Assembly: GCA_023248155.1 (NCBI GenBank)
Contig: JAHFFE010000004.1
Location: forward strand, 4,248-68,247
Reading direction: 5' to 3'
Length of the DNA stretch: 64,000 nucleotides
Origin: Candidatus Omnitrophota bacterium
GTDB lineage: Bacteria > Omnitrophota > Gorgyraeia > 1-14-0-20-64-10
The notes under the pieces: model-generated
What the model saw: only the letters and a program-made list of their open reading frames with translations
Told to the model about the DNA's origin: nothing
The model's database searches: none
Part shown: piece by piece, positions 39,001 through 54,000 of the stretch
Layout: every line of letters starts with the position of its first letter
Position numbering within the stretch: position 1 is the stretch's first letter
Position numbers and translations under genes: made by a program

Positions 39001-42000
39001 ACATGAATAACGGCGATGTGGACCGGGACGGCTTTGTCACTGAGAAAGACAAGGCCCTGCTGCTGCAAAGCTTCCAGAATTATCTCAATTATGACTTTGT
39101 GGGCAATGACCGCGACGTCAATATCGCCGATGTCAAATACATTGACTCGGTCGTCAAACTGATTTTCCCGGCCAACCAGGCGCTCGAAGGCCGCCGCGCC
39201 GCGGATACGTTCAAGACCCAGGAAGGTTTCAGCACGGCCGGCCTGGTTCCCGGCAGCATCGGCGCCGGCACGCAGGGCGCTGCCGTGACCTATACGTTTG
39301 CCGTCACCGAACCCGGCGATTATTTTACGGGCCTTGCACTGCGGCCGGTTCCGGGAGAGTTCTTCGACCCGTCTTTTGTTTACCGCATCGAAGTTTCGGT
39401 GGACGGCCAATTTAAAAACTTCATCGACATTCCGGCCGTGGAATCCCGCCGCTTTGAAGAAGGCCGGCTGGCCCTGCACTTTGCGGATCAGGAGCCGGGG
39501 ACTCATGAAATCAGTTTTAAATTTGTCAATATTGACGCGCGCATGAGCGTGGAAGTGGGCAGTGTTTACCTGAATCAAAATGGGCTGGACCTGACGGGCG
39601 CGGATGTCAACGAGGACGGCCGGGTCTGGGTCGATGACGCAGACGCCTTGGATGCGCTGATTCTGGAGTTGGACCGCAACGGGGATAAACTTTTGAGCCA
39701 GGCGGATTCCGCGGCCCAGACCGAAGCCTCGCGCGCGCGTCTGCTGACGGCCCTGCGGCGTTTTGATTACGACCGCGACGGCGAGGTTACGCGCACCAAG
39801 GACGTCAAGGAAGTGCGCGAAATCGGCTGGTGGTATGTGAATGAAAAAATGCTGACGCCGTCGACCAACCGCCGCGAGGAATACCGCTACGGCGCGTCCA
39901 CGCCGGCGGCGCAATATGCCTGGGATTTCGCCATCGACGGCCAGCGGGACGGCCGCATTGACAGCAAAGACTTGCAGAAGCTGGTCGAAGCCGCGCGCGC
40001 CAAGGATTTAACAGATGACGGGCATGTGGGTCCGGAAGATCTGGTAAAACTCAACCGCCTCAAGACCTTCCTGGAACTGGACCTGCATGCGGCGGAATTA
40101 CGGCGTGCCAATGTCAATCACGATAATACCTTCAGCGTCTGGACCGGCTTTTCTAAAGACACCACGGCCGGCTCGCTTGAGTCGCTGACGCTGGCGGGCG
40201 TGGATTTCAGCGGGCACATTGACCCGATGCGCGGTGAAATTGTACTCGAACAAAAACATGCCGAGGCTTTGCTGCCCCCGGGCACGACCGTGCGTTTTGA
40301 CAATACCTATTATGCCGTGCGTCGAGGCGCTGACGGTCAGTTCATTCTCTGGACCGGCGCTCAGCCCGAGATCCATACGGAAGGCGCGCGTCATGAGGCT
40401 GTCATTAATGGCGTGCGCTATGCGATTGATCAGGATGTCGTGACAGGCCGGTATTTATTTGAGCCCGCGGCCAAAACCAGCCTGCCAGCCGGGGATTTTA
40501 TGATGCGCCTGGACGGAGAAGACTTTGCCGTGACGCTGAATGAACTGACCGGCGCCTACCGCTGGGCGAGCGGCGTTGATATCTATGAAAGCGATCCGGT
40601 AACCAGTACGGTTCGGATCCACGGCGCGGCCTATAAGATCCGGATAGCCGATGCCCAGAGCCGTCAAATTTTCCTGGAACGCTTCAGTGTTCCGGACGAA
40701 ACTGCGCAGCCGGCAAGCGTGCATGCCGCGGATCAAACCCTGCTGCTCGGGGGTACCAAGTTGACGCTCAGCCGTTTGGCGGATGGCCGCATCTTGTTCT
40801 CGGACGGCGCCAAAACCTATCTTTCGGATGCGCTGGCCAGCCGGGTCGTGATCGGGACCGGTACGTATGACATTCTGCCGGATGCCGCGAAAGATTGGAA
40901 AGTGATGCTTATGCCGGTGCCGCAGGTGAGTTCGCTGGAAGCGGCACAGGTGATTGAAATTGTTACGGAGTATCCGCCGCTGAGCGTGCACAGCGGCCGG
41001 CGCTATCTGGTGACGGGCGCGGCGGGCAGTCATATTTTCCGCGACGGCGAAAATCAATTGCGCTCAAAGATGGTCAATGGCCTTGAAATTCTGGAGACGC
41101 CTGAGAACCGCTACCAGGTCACGACCGCGGCCAACGGCGATGCGGCCCTGAGCGTGATTTTGCCGGATGACGCCGAGCTGGTGATTCCTTCCTATAGCGT
41201 GACGGCGGCCGACGGCGCCTTGAAACTGGGCGGGGACGTTTTTGAATGGGTTGAAAATCCGGCCGGGGAACCCGCGGGTTCGCTCAAACTCATGCGCGGA
41301 CTATGGTCGGCGGTGATCAAACCGGCGGATTCCAGCGTGCAGATTCTGGATAAAACTTATCTGGTCAGCCGGAACGAATACGGCTGGCCTGTGCTGACGC
41401 AAAGCCTGCCGCAAGCCGCAGCGGGCGCCGATCAAGTCATTGAAATCGGGCGTGCGCGTTATGAAGTGAGCCGTTCGGGCGATGAGATGACGTTTACGGC
41501 TGGCGCTATGACTTACACCCGTGTCGACGGAACGGTCACGCTGGAGGATGGCGTAATTTACCAGGTTGACGAAACTCAGACGGGCCGCGTGCAGTTGACG
41601 CCTGTGGCCGTGCCGGCGCTCATACAAATCCGGTCAACCGCCGATCAGCGCCTGAGCGTCGGCGCTTTGACCTACGAATTGCGCCGTACGCCGGCCGGCG
41701 CGCTTGAATTTTATCGCGAAGGCCTGCTGGCCGGCGCGGCTGCGGCGGGAGCCGCTTCGGTGACGCTGGATGGGACGGCGTATAAAATTGCGGTTCAGGA
41801 CACCGCGCGCAGTCTGGTGCGTCTTGAAGCCCTGAGCGCCTCGGCTGAGACCGTGGGCGCGGATGCGATTTTTGTCAATGGGCACTACTATACCGTTGCC
41901 ATCGACGAAGCCACGGGCCGCGTGACGCTGGACGACGGGCGTTTCCGCGTACAGTCGTCGCCGGTCAAGACCCAGACGGGCGAGCGCGTCATTCATTTAG

Positions 42001-45000
42001 ACGGTGTCACTTACAGTCTCAGCGTTTCGGATTACGGCGCTAAGATCCTGCTGGAGCAGCTGCACGGCCAAAGCAAGACGGAAGTTTTTGATCATGCGGT
42101 GATTGCCGGCGGCGTGCAGTACCGCACCTGGTACGACTATACCAGCGGCGTGTACTGGTTTGATGACGGTTATACCGTCACTGATAGCGAGCCGCTGGAT
42201 AATACGGTCAAACTGGGCGGGCTGGTCTACCAAATGGAACGCAATCCGCTGACGGATGAAATCATTCTGCATCAAAAGCAGGCCGCGCTGACTGAAAATT
42301 CCAAGATCGAACTGAAAGGAACGTTGTATTCGGTCGAAAAACGCGGCGTGACTTCCTACCGGTTTAAAGATGCGCTTGGCCACGAATACAACGGTTCGGC
42401 CGGCCGCGTGGTGACGATTGCGGGCACGGATTATCAGATCGAAGTCCTGGATGCGGTCAGTCTGCGCCTGCGTTTGAATGAAGTCAGTGCCTATACGGTT
42501 GAAGAGAACCGCGTGACGATCGGCGGTACGGAATGGACGCTGAGTGCCAACGGCCACCAGGGTTATGATTTTGCGGCCGCGCCCAAATCCGCCCGCAGCG
42601 CGGGGCCGGCTGTCGTTTATCTGGATGGCATGCGGTTTACGATCCATGTCAATGCCCAGAATGAAATGACGCTGGAAAAAGATTTTGAGAGCGTGCGTCC
42701 GCTGGATGCGGTTGAAATCGGCGGCAAACTATATGTCACGCGCTGGGATACGCTGCGTAACCGGCTGGTTTTCCTGGATGGCATGCGCCGCGTGCAAAGC
42801 GACGATTTTATGGAGACCGTCACGCTGGAAGACGTCAACGGCGCTTCGATCAATTACCGCATTACCTTTGACGGGCTGAAGCCTTCCGTGACCCTGACTG
42901 AACCGCATACGGCCGTGGAAACGGCGGTTTCTTCCGGGACTACGGTCCAGCTTGCGGGGATCAACGCTAGTTTTATCCGCGATGCTCAAAACCGGCTTGT
43001 GTTTTCAACCGCCGGCGGCACCAACATTCTGACACCCGAAGGCATCCTGTACCTGGGCGATAAGAAATACCAGGTCAGTGCCGATACCGTCAATCCGGAC
43101 GTCCTGCATTTCACGCGGATTTACGATAGCCGTGCGGTCAGCGGCCAAGTCATCCGGCTTTTCGGCCGGCTCTATGCCTTCAGCGACAACGGCGACGGCC
43201 GGGTGACGGAAGAGGATGCCGAGGCGCTCGAAGAAACGTATGCGGCGCTGGCGCAATACGATTTGACCGGCGATGGACGGCTCGACGAGCGCGACCTGGA
43301 TGCCGCCCGCGGGGATATTACGGCCCAAAAACGCGCGATCCGCAATCTCGAGACCGAGAAAGACCGGGTTGAACAGTTTATCGAAGGAACCTATGACCAG
43401 GAAATTTACAGCCGCGAATCGCTTGCGGCCGCGGATGTGGACGGCGATTTGAAACTTGAGGCCGAAGATCTGGCCGCTTGGGAAGAGAGTTTGAAACTTT
43501 TCCGCGAACTGGATGCTGAAGCGCTTGAAAAAGCCGTTGCGGCCTCGGACGCGCCGCAAATCACGGTCACAGGCCGGACGTACGGAATACGGCTCAATGC
43601 TGCCAACGAGGTGGTGCTCAAAGACGGCGAGTTGGAATGGAAATCCAATGCCGAGCGCACGCGCATTCAAATCGGGACCGTCGTGTATGATCTGAGTTTT
43701 GACGTTTTGAGCGGCCGGTACACGCTGACATCTTCAGAATCGACAACGGCCGTGGATGGCAGTGTGGTTCTCGACGGCCTGCGCTATGAAATCAAACCCT
43801 ATGACGCGCTGCGTTATGAACTCGTGCGCGGGCCTGACCATTTTATTCAGAGCGCCGGCGGCAGCGTCATCGTGGCCGGATCGGCCTGGCAGCTTGGGTC
43901 CGCCGCCGGCGCTTTTACGCTGACGCGTTCGCAAACGCTGCAATCATTGCCGGCCGCCGTTACGCTCAAAGGCGTGCGCTATGCGATTGAAAATCTAGCC
44001 GACGGTACGTTTGCGCTGGTTTCGCCCGAGGGGCTGCGGACGGTCTGGAGCGCGGCCCAACCGTCGGCGGAGATTGAACATCTGGTCTGGGATGTGACGC
44101 GCGATGCGGCGGCAGGCATTTACACGTTTAACCGCCGGGTGCAATTTGAGGCCTCCGGCAATCAGGTCCGCGTGCTCAACCGCACATTCGACATTACCGT
44201 CACGGACGACACCTTCCGCTTGTCCGATGCCCAGGGCCAGTATGACAGCTGGCGGCCGTCCGGCTTACAGCACCGCCTGCGCATCGGCACGTTCACCTAT
44301 GATGTCTCCACCGATCCCAGCGATGGCCATCTGATCCTGCGGGAACGCAATTTCGCGTCCGTGCCGGAAGGATTTACGCCGGAATTGGCGCGCAAACTGG
44401 CCCGCGAAGTGGTCTATGAAACGCTGGCGGATGTCAATAAAGACGGCATTCTCGACAAGAAAGACCGCGCGGCGCTCTATGATCCGCCGTATGAAGGCGT
44501 TTTGGCGGCCAGCGACATCAACCGCGACGGCCGGCCGGCGACAGAAGATTTCCAGGATGAGATGATCGTGGCGGCCATGATTGAGCGCGCGCGTCTCATG
44601 CGTAAGGCGGATGTGAATCAGGATAACGTTCTTGATCCCAACGACGTCACGCGTTACGAAAACAATTTACGCAACGGCATCCGCCTTGATCTTGACGGCG
44701 ACGGCGGCGGCAATGAAAAAGACCTGGAATACCTGAAAATCCTGGTCATGGAAGAGATGTTTAAAGTGCGCTTGCGCGAAAAACTCAATGCCGACAACAG
44801 CGAACGCCTGTCGAACGCGGAAGCCGATGTGCTCAACGTCACCTTGTCGCGCATGGTGGATCTCAATCAGGACGGCGTGCTTACGGCCTCGGATGCCAAG
44901 GCCATGGAGTCCCTGCACGCGTATTTTGCGTCCCTGCCGTATACCGCGGAAACCCTGGCCAAAGCCGACTTGAACCGCGACCATGTGGTCAACGGCCGTG

Positions 45001-48000
45001 ACATTGCGCTGTTCGAAGATGCCTTGCGTTATGCGAAAGATATCGTGGGCGGCGACGGCCTGGTCACGCAGGCAGACATTGATGCGGTCCGCGATATGAT
45101 CCTCGGCGGGCCGGCGGCGCCGCACCGCATTCCGCAGTTTTATCTGTCCTTTGATCAGATTTCAAAGGCGGATTACAACAAGGACGGCCGTATTTCCAAT
45201 GAGGACGTGACGGCGCTCGATAGCAGCGCCGAAGTCCGGATCAGCAAAAAAGATGCGGGGCTGGCAAATGAATTCTCAGGTTTCACGCGCGCAGGCACGA
45301 AGCTGGTCACGTCGCAGGCGGACGGACGCATTCTGTTTGAAGCGGTGGAAGCCGTGCAGGACGGCCGCTATCTCGTGGGCCTGGACCTGCTGGCTTCGGC
45401 GCCGGCCACGGTGCGTTTTGAAGTGCGTGTGGATGGCGTCAAAGCCGCCGTGATTACGGCCGACGCGGAAGCCGGGGCGCTTGTGCGCGGGACGGCGGCC
45501 ATTGAACTCGACAAAGGCGTTCATAAGATTGAGTTTGTGCGTTTGGACCGGCCCGATGCGGCGCTGGATCTCGAGGTCCATAAGTTTGCCATCACGGCGC
45601 CGCCGCGCTCGGAAGATGACATCAACTCCGACGGAATTTTGGATCAAAACGACTGGGCTTTGATCGGCCAGCTGATCGAAGGCGCCCGTATTTTGAACCA
45701 GGCCGACCTCAATCGTGACGGCCGCGTGGATAGTGCCGACCTGACGGCCTATGACAGCAGTGATGCCTCGCTGGTGCGCGACATCAACCGCAGCGGCGCG
45801 ACCACGCCTGATGACCGCGCAATGCTGGTTCAAATTCTGACCCAAAAAGAAACCGGCCGCAAAGCGGACGTCAATGAAGACGGTTTTGTGGATCTGGCGG
45901 ATGTCAGCGCGCTGGAAACCGCTTTCCGCTACCGCGTGAATTTGACAGAAGACACGGTCAGTGACGCGGCCGATCTGCAGCGCATGAAAGAAATCAGCCG
46001 CCGCTACCATACGCTTTACACCGACGACTTGGACCGTTACGACTTAAATGCAGACGGTGTGATTGACGGCCGTGACAGCGCCCTCCTCGCGGCTCAAGCC
46101 CAGGACAACGGGCTTGCTCGCGCCGCAGCCTTCATGGCCGCTCCGTCCGCCAATTTTCCGATTCAAATCGGCACGCGCCGGCTTTCCGCGGATGAGACCG
46201 CGCAAATTTTAGGCCGTGCCGGCGAACTGCGGGTCGAAGACGGGCAGTTGTGGGTGGCCCGCGAAGAACTCGAAACCTTCGATTCGGCGCAGCTGGCGGA
46301 TTTCAAAATTGAAAACGGCCTTTTCCGCGTTCAAGCCGGCGCTTTGCGCCAGAACGATACCGGCGAACGTCCGGCGCTGGCGTTTATGCAGACCGATCCG
46401 CTCAGCGATTTTACGGTCAGTACCGACATCCTGTTTACCGGTAAAAATGCCGGCGATTCCGTGGCCCAGCAAACGGCCGGTCTGTCGTTCCGGGCGCTGG
46501 ATGCCGAGGAATACTATGACGTGGTGGTCAACCGCTCCACGCGGTCTCTTGAACTGCGCAAACTGACGCGCGGCGCGGCGCCGGTGGTGCTATTTGCTCA
46601 GGCATTGACCGGAGCGGCCGGTGCCGGGTCGGGTGCGGGTGCGGCCGGGATGCCCTATCAGGGCGCTTTGCCGGACAACAGCTACTTTAATCTGGCCGTC
46701 GAAGCCCGGGGCACAAGCTTCAAGGTCTTTGTCAACGGCACCTTTGCTTTTGAGGGTACGCATGCGCTCTTCGGCCAAGGGCTGACCGGCCTGACCAGCC
46801 AGGGCGTCGAAGCCTATTTCGATAATTTTTCTGTCCAGACCTTCCGCACGGCGCAGGACATTGTGCGCAACCGCAGTGATTTGAATGATCTCAATGCCGA
46901 CGGCCGTGTCGATGCCTTTGACTATGCCGCGCTCTCCGCGCTTTCCGGGCTTGCGGCCAAAGACCTGACCGGCGATGAGTTTGTCAACCAGGACGATGCC
47001 GCGCTGCTGATGGCGCTGGCCCGCGCGGATGTCAATGCCGACGGCCGCATCAATGCGGCAGATGTGGCCCGTATGGATGTCTCCGGCAACGGCATTTTGG
47101 ATGCGGCCGATTTCGCAGCGCAAAAACAAGCAGTGACCGTCAGCCTGACCATGCTGAATTTCAATACGGCGGATGTGACCGGAGACCGCCAGGTGGATGA
47201 AAACGACATGACCTTGCTTAAAGCGGCCTTGGCCGGCCAGCGCGACGTCAACGGCGACGGCCTCTGGAACCGGCTGGACGTCAACCGTATCCGGGATGTG
47301 CTGGACTGGGCCGCCATTCAATACTCAACGCTTGTTTGGAATACGGCCAACAACACCGGCCTGGCCGATATCAACGGCGACCGCCGCATCAGCCTGCAGG
47401 ACGTTACGGATCTGGAATGGGCGATTGCGCGGCATCAGGAACACGAGGGCGAAGGTTTTCGCTTTGATATGGACGCGAACGGCAAGGTCAATCCTACGGA
47501 CCTGCTGGCGCTGGAAGAGATGCTGGATCTGATCCGCCGCGAAGAAGTGGCTCTGCCGGCGGACATGGCGCTGGGCGATATGGATCACAGCGGTACGACC
47601 GATGCCGGCGACAGCGCGCTTTTGGCCCGTGTGCTCGAAGAGGCCGCAACGGATGCCACCGGCTTTACGCTGGCGGCGCTGGATGTGGCACGCTACGACC
47701 AAAACCGCGACGGCCGCTTGGATGACAAAGATTTGACCCGGATTAATAAAGTGGTGGCGCTGATTCGCGGCAACAAGACGCGCAGCCAGGAGGATGTCAA
47801 CCGGCTGGATACGACCGGCGATGGAATCATTGACAGCGCCGACCTGACGCTGGCCGAAAAAGTTTTCGCCTATTATGCGAATGTCAACGGAACGGGCTCC
47901 GTGGATGCGGCGGACGTCCAGCAGATTCGCGACGTGCTGCGCAAACAGGACCTGGCCGTGACCGGCGATTTAATCCGCCGCGCGGATCTGGATAACTCCG

Positions 48001-51000
48001 GGACCGTGGGCACCGAAGACCTGCAGCTCTTTGAAAATGCCTGGGGCATCGCGCCGGTCATTGACGAAAATGCGGACGGCTGGATGTCCGCGGCCGAAAG
48101 CGGCGCCTATTTGTCGCTGATTCAGGGCTATATCGACCGGGGCATCCGCACGATTGATCTTTTCCAGCGCTATGACTTGAACGGCGACCGTTTGATTACC
48201 CGCGCTGATCTTGCCGTGCTGGATACGTCCATCCGGTCGCGTCTGGGCACGGTCCGCAGCCGCGAAGACTATCTGAATTTTGATGCGCCCAAGTTTACCG
48301 GCCTGCTGGAAGGCGCCGTGGATATCAACGGGGACGGCCGCCGTCTGGCCGCGGATGCGGCACGCATCCGCAGTATGGTTGCGTACAACGACTTCCTTGA
48401 GACCGGTATTTCCCGTGAGTTGTTTGCCGCTGCGGATATTGACGAAAACTTTGTGATCAACGCAACGGACGTCGAATTGCTGCAGCGGCGCCTGAATGAA
48501 ACAGAAATTTACGACATGAATTTTGACGGAGAGGTCGACGAGCGCGATGTGCAGATGCTGCGCGACATGGTGGGCGGCGTACGTAACGGCGACTTGCTTG
48601 AAATTCCCGAATACCTGAAACGCGACCTGACGGGCGACGGGCGTGTGACGGCCGCCGATACGCAGAAAATCGAGGATGTGCGCCGGGCTCACCGCGATCT
48701 TTCCATCCCGCAGGACGGCATCGTCGATTATTCGGGAACGGGTGCGGACCTCAAGATGATCGACGATTTGATCCTGCTTGAAACGGAACTTGCGAAATTC
48801 GGCCTTGGCAAAACGACCGAAGGCGTGCTGGACATTCTACGCAAGGTCGATCTCAACCGTTCCGGCCGCACGAGCGACCTGTGGAGTTTTATGGACCAGG
48901 AAGATATCGACATGCTCGAATTTGCCATGGCCGTGCGTGACAACGATTTCTACGACATCACGCGCGACGGCGTGTTTAACGAGCGCGACGTGTTTCTGGC
49001 CAATGAACTTGTGCGCGATGTGGCCAGCCCGCGCCAGCGCATCCTGAATCCGGAAGATTACGACCGCTACGACGTGGACAATAACCTCGAAATCGACTGG
49101 TACGATTACGAAGCGGTCGAAGATGCACGCAATAAGATGATGTCGTTGAATGCCACCGGCTTGATCCGTGAACGCGATGCGCTCAATATCGAGAAAATGC
49201 AAGCCTACGGCCTGGCTTTTGACCGTTCTCAATTTGACCGCCTGGATTTCAACGGCGACGGCAAGATCACCGGTTTCCTGCCGGTTGATCCCGATCATGT
49301 GGGGACTTCCGAGCGCCGGCTCGATATGCAGCAGCCGCAGCTGAAAGAATACGGCGACTACAAGTCATCCAATTACGGCAATTACAAGATTCTGTCTGAC
49401 GTCAATGCCTACTACCATCACTGGTTTAGCCGCGTCCAGCAGCATGTTGAGCGCGCGGACCGCAACGGCGACGGCTATGTCAACCAAGTCGACCAGGATT
49501 ATGTGGCCAATACCGTGCGGCAGGTGACTAACGGCGAGGAGATCAGCCTGACGGAGCGCCGCATGGCCAATCTGGACGGCAATGCGCAAATCCAGACTGC
49601 AGACCGCGACCTGCTGGAGTTTGTCAAGACCTGGGCGCGCGACATCAACGGCGACAAGCGCATCGATGAGGGCGATTCGGAAATGGCCCAGGACGTGCGC
49701 AACCGGGTCCTCCAAGCGCGCCGTATCCAGCAGGATATAACGAAGATCGATGCGATGGATTTTTATGACAATCCGCCCGTGCCGCTGGCCAGCACCTGGG
49801 TGGTCGACCAGGTGATTCGCGTGCGTTCTACGCACAAGCTTTATCGCGTCAGCCAATCCGGCTCGCGCACTGTTTTTGACAATGGCTCGACGGCGGTTGA
49901 ATCCAATGATGCGGGTACAGAGGTCACGCTCGACGGGCAGCTCTATCAGATCACCGCTTCGGGTCTGACGCGCATTGATCTGCGCATCGCGGATGAAATC
50001 GTCAGTGACACGCTGGCTCCCAACCGGGTGTTGAAATTGAGCGGCATGCTTTATGAAGTCATTCCGGCCGGAACCGGCGCGTATGTGTTTAAAGCCGGGG
50101 ATGGGCTGGGAACCGAGTGGAAGAGCCTGGCCTCGACCAAGAGCGTGGATATCGACATAAACGGCGTGAAGAAAATTTTCGGCGTGGAGTATCTGCCGGC
50201 CACCGAAGAAGTGCGTTTGACCGAACGGTTCGCCCTCGAAGGCGGCGATGCCAAGACCCTGCTGGGCTTGATCGAAGATTATCTGCAGGGCGGCCTGGAT
50301 GTGGCCGGCTATGAAGAGGAAGCCATCGGCCATGCGCTGGAATCGCTGCTGGACCAAAACTCCAATGACCAGGCGGATGCCAATGATCTCAAAGCACTGG
50401 CCGGTTTGATCGAACAGTTCAAAGTCAGCGTCACGCGCCCCGAACCGCCGCGGCCCCAGACCACGCTTTTAACGGAGGATGCCGACCGTGAAAAAGCCAA
50501 GGAAGCTTTTAATTTCATGGATTTTGACCTGAACCGCAACGGCACGATCGACGCCGATGAAGAAAGCCGTGCCCGCGGCATTCTGAATCAAATGCTCAAG
50601 TACAGTTTGACGACCCAGACCCAGCTGACGCGCGCTGACATCAATGGCGACGGCCTCGTCAACGGCATTGATTCCAGCCTGCTTGGTAAATCCATCGGCC
50701 GTTATTTTGACGTGGATGGCGATACGCTCGTCGATCAAACCGACCTGGGCCTGTTCGGAAAACTCCAGGAATACCTGAGTTATAACATCACGGCGGATGA
50801 AGTTGCGCATGCGGATCAAAATCAGAACGGCGCGTTTACGTCCGATGATTCGGACATCTTTTTCCACCTGCTTGAGAATTTCCGCACGGCCGATTTCAAC
50901 CGCGACGATAAACTGTCAGCCGAGGACCTTTTTGAAATCCAGGCGGCCGTGCGCGCGGCCCAGGCCGGCAATGCCGAAGACATCCAGGCCAAGGCGGCGC

Positions 51001-54000
51001 GTTACGATCTCAACGGCGACGGCAATGTCAACGCCAAGGATGCCGAACTGCTTGAAATTGCGCTGGCGCGAAATGTAGACGTCAACGGCGACGGTTATGT
51101 CAATCCGCAAGATGTGAAGCGTATCGGCGATGTGATGCGCGCGGCGGAACTCAATATCGGCGACCCGGCGGATGCCAGCGCGCGGGCGGATATCAATAAT
51201 GACGGCGTTGTCAACTACAGCGACCAGCTGCAACTCTCAGATGCCTTGCTCAAGGCGCGCGACATTGACGGCGATCTGATCAAAGATGCCAAAGACGTGC
51301 AATCGATCCGCGACCTGCTCGAGATGATCAACTCCTTCCGGGCCGGCGTGCGGCGTACGCCCCTTGAAAGCGTGGCGCTCTATGATGCGGTGCTTGAAGT
51401 GCAGGGCCGCGTCATTTTCGTGCAGCGAGACGAGCAAGACCATATCTTTTTGATCACCGAAGACGGCCAGAAAGCCCAGCTGAACGAAGAAAGCGCACTG
51501 GTGGATTTGGGCGGCGTGCGCTACCGGGTGGCCACCGATCCTGAAACCGGCGTTTATCAGCTGACGAAAATTTCCGCGGATGCGGTCCAGATTTATGACG
51601 GCGTGATTGCGCTTGGCGAACGCAAATTGAGCGTGCGCAAGCAAGCGGACGGCAGTTATACGCTGGAAGATGCGGAAGGCCAAATTTATCAGGTCCAGGC
51701 CGGGCTGGATGAAACGTTGATTGACGGCGTGCCCTACCGGCTGACGCACAGCGCGGCCGGGTATCAGCTTGAAGAAATCCTTTACCGGACGCCGCAAATT
51801 TCGCAGGAAGGCGTGCAGTGGATACGCCTCGGCGAAAAGACTTTTGAAATCCGCCGGCTGTCTGAAGCGGTTGAAGGCCTGGAGGGCATCGCCAGTTATG
51901 TGTTCTCCGACGGCGTTAAAACGTACCACAATATTTACGGTGAAGACACGGTCCGCATCGAAGATAAGCGCTACCTGATTGAAGTGGCCGCGCAAACGGG
52001 CGCGGTGCGGCTCGTCGAACAGCTTGCGGGCGATTTTAACCGCGACGGCGATGTGGATGCCGATGACCTTGCTTATCTGGAAGCGGCGCGCGACGGCGTT
52101 TCCATCCAGATGGATGCGGCCGCCGATGCCCTGCAGTATGTTGAAATCGACGGCGTGCGCTATAACGTTTTCAAAAATAACGATGGCACTCTGCGGCTGG
52201 AAGAACGCACCGACCGCTCGATTTCGTCTCAAGTGATCGAGATCAACGGCGCGTATTACCGCGTTGATTACGAGGCGCCTGACGCGGCGCTCTCCGGCCT
52301 GCTGCGCCAGCCTAACTTTACCTTTACGCCGCTCGTCATGACCGAAGGCGGCGCGTTGAAACCGCTGGCCGGCGCCATGGACGGCAAGCGGCCGGGCGCG
52401 GCGGCGGATACCTATGTGCCGGCGCCGGAGGATGCGTTTGTCATTCTGCCGGACGGCCTGGCTTATCAGCCTGTATTTAATGAAGCCGGTGCTTTCGTGA
52501 AATTCAAACGCACGGCGCTGATGAGCACGGCCGTAAACGGCACAACCCTGCGGCTGGGCTACCGCTTCTTCAGCGTGCAGGACATCACGGGCCAGCCGCT
52601 GAAACTGACCGAATCCGGCACGGACTATCTTTCCAATGCGGCGCGCACGGAAATCCAGATCGGTGATCTGCGTTTTGCCTTGACTCTCAAACAGGATAAT
52701 ACCTGGCAGTTGACTGAAAAACTCTATCCGCAGCTTTCGGAAAATGCCAAGGGCCGTCTGGTGGATGTGGCCGGCCGCAGTTTTACGCTGATTCAGAAGG
52801 CCCAGGGGGGATTGCTGCTTGTCTCCGGCGAGGAACGCTACGAATCGCAGGCCGGCGATGCTTCGATTCAAATCGCGGGCCGCACTTACCGAATTATTTA
52901 TGAGCCCGCGCCGAAAAATGTCGGTGATCCGGTGCGCGATGTGGTGCTGGTGGAAGAAGCGCCGGACCTCAAACTCAGCAGTCAAATTTTCCAGGCCTTC
53001 TCGGCCAACGGCCTTGTGACCCTGCATGATTCGTTTAATCCGGACCGGGAATATGCCCTGCAGTTTAATCCGGATGAAACCTATACGCTGACTTCGACGG
53101 ATGCGTCGCACGGCTATCAATTTACCAGCCGCATCGTTAACGGCGAGCATTTGATTTTCTTTCCTACGGGCCGGCGCGACCGCGAAAATTGGCCGGAGTA
53201 TTACGCGCGCTACCGCCTGAAGAGCGATGCGCTCGGCAATGTGACCTTTACGCGGCTGAAGGATGCCATGGTAAGTATTTATGATTACTCCGGCGAGCCC
53301 GGCATGGCCGGCATGGGAGGCGGACCGAGTTATTATGACGTCAGTTTCGGCAGCGATATCCTTTTCCCGAACTCCGAAACGATTCCGGGCGAACTTGTGG
53401 TCAACGGCCGCTATTACCAATTTACTTCTTCGGGATACAATGACGAAGCGGCGGGCATGGAGGGCGGATGGGCGCCCGATCCAAACTCCTACCGGTTTGT
53501 GGATGCCGCCGGCCAGCCGGATGAATATGGACAGCTGCCGGTCTATACTTCAAATCCGCAAACAGGGCTGGTCACCCTGGCCGACGGCTTGACTTACCGC
53601 GTGGTTGCGCCGGATTCCGCCATCTCCGGCGGGGAACACGTGCTGCTGGTGGAAGTGCGCCAGGACAAACAAATCATCAATCCCTTCCAGCAAAGCGGCT
53701 GGAAGGCGCTCGAGATCGATGGCTTGTCTTATCTGGTTGAACTGCGCGATCAAAAACCTTATGCCCTGCATCGCGAGGGCGTGACCGCGCTTTTTGATGA
53801 AGACGGCCGCATCGTGATCGACGGCAAGACTTACCGCATCGGCATGAACGACTATTATTACAATTCAGTCAAAACGGGAGAGGATGGCCGGGTGCAGGCG
53901 GTTTATACCGATGAGCGCATCACCTACGGCAGTTATCCGAATATCCGCGTCTTTCCGCCCAATGCCTTTACGGCCGCCGACCGCGAGTACTTCCTGGTGG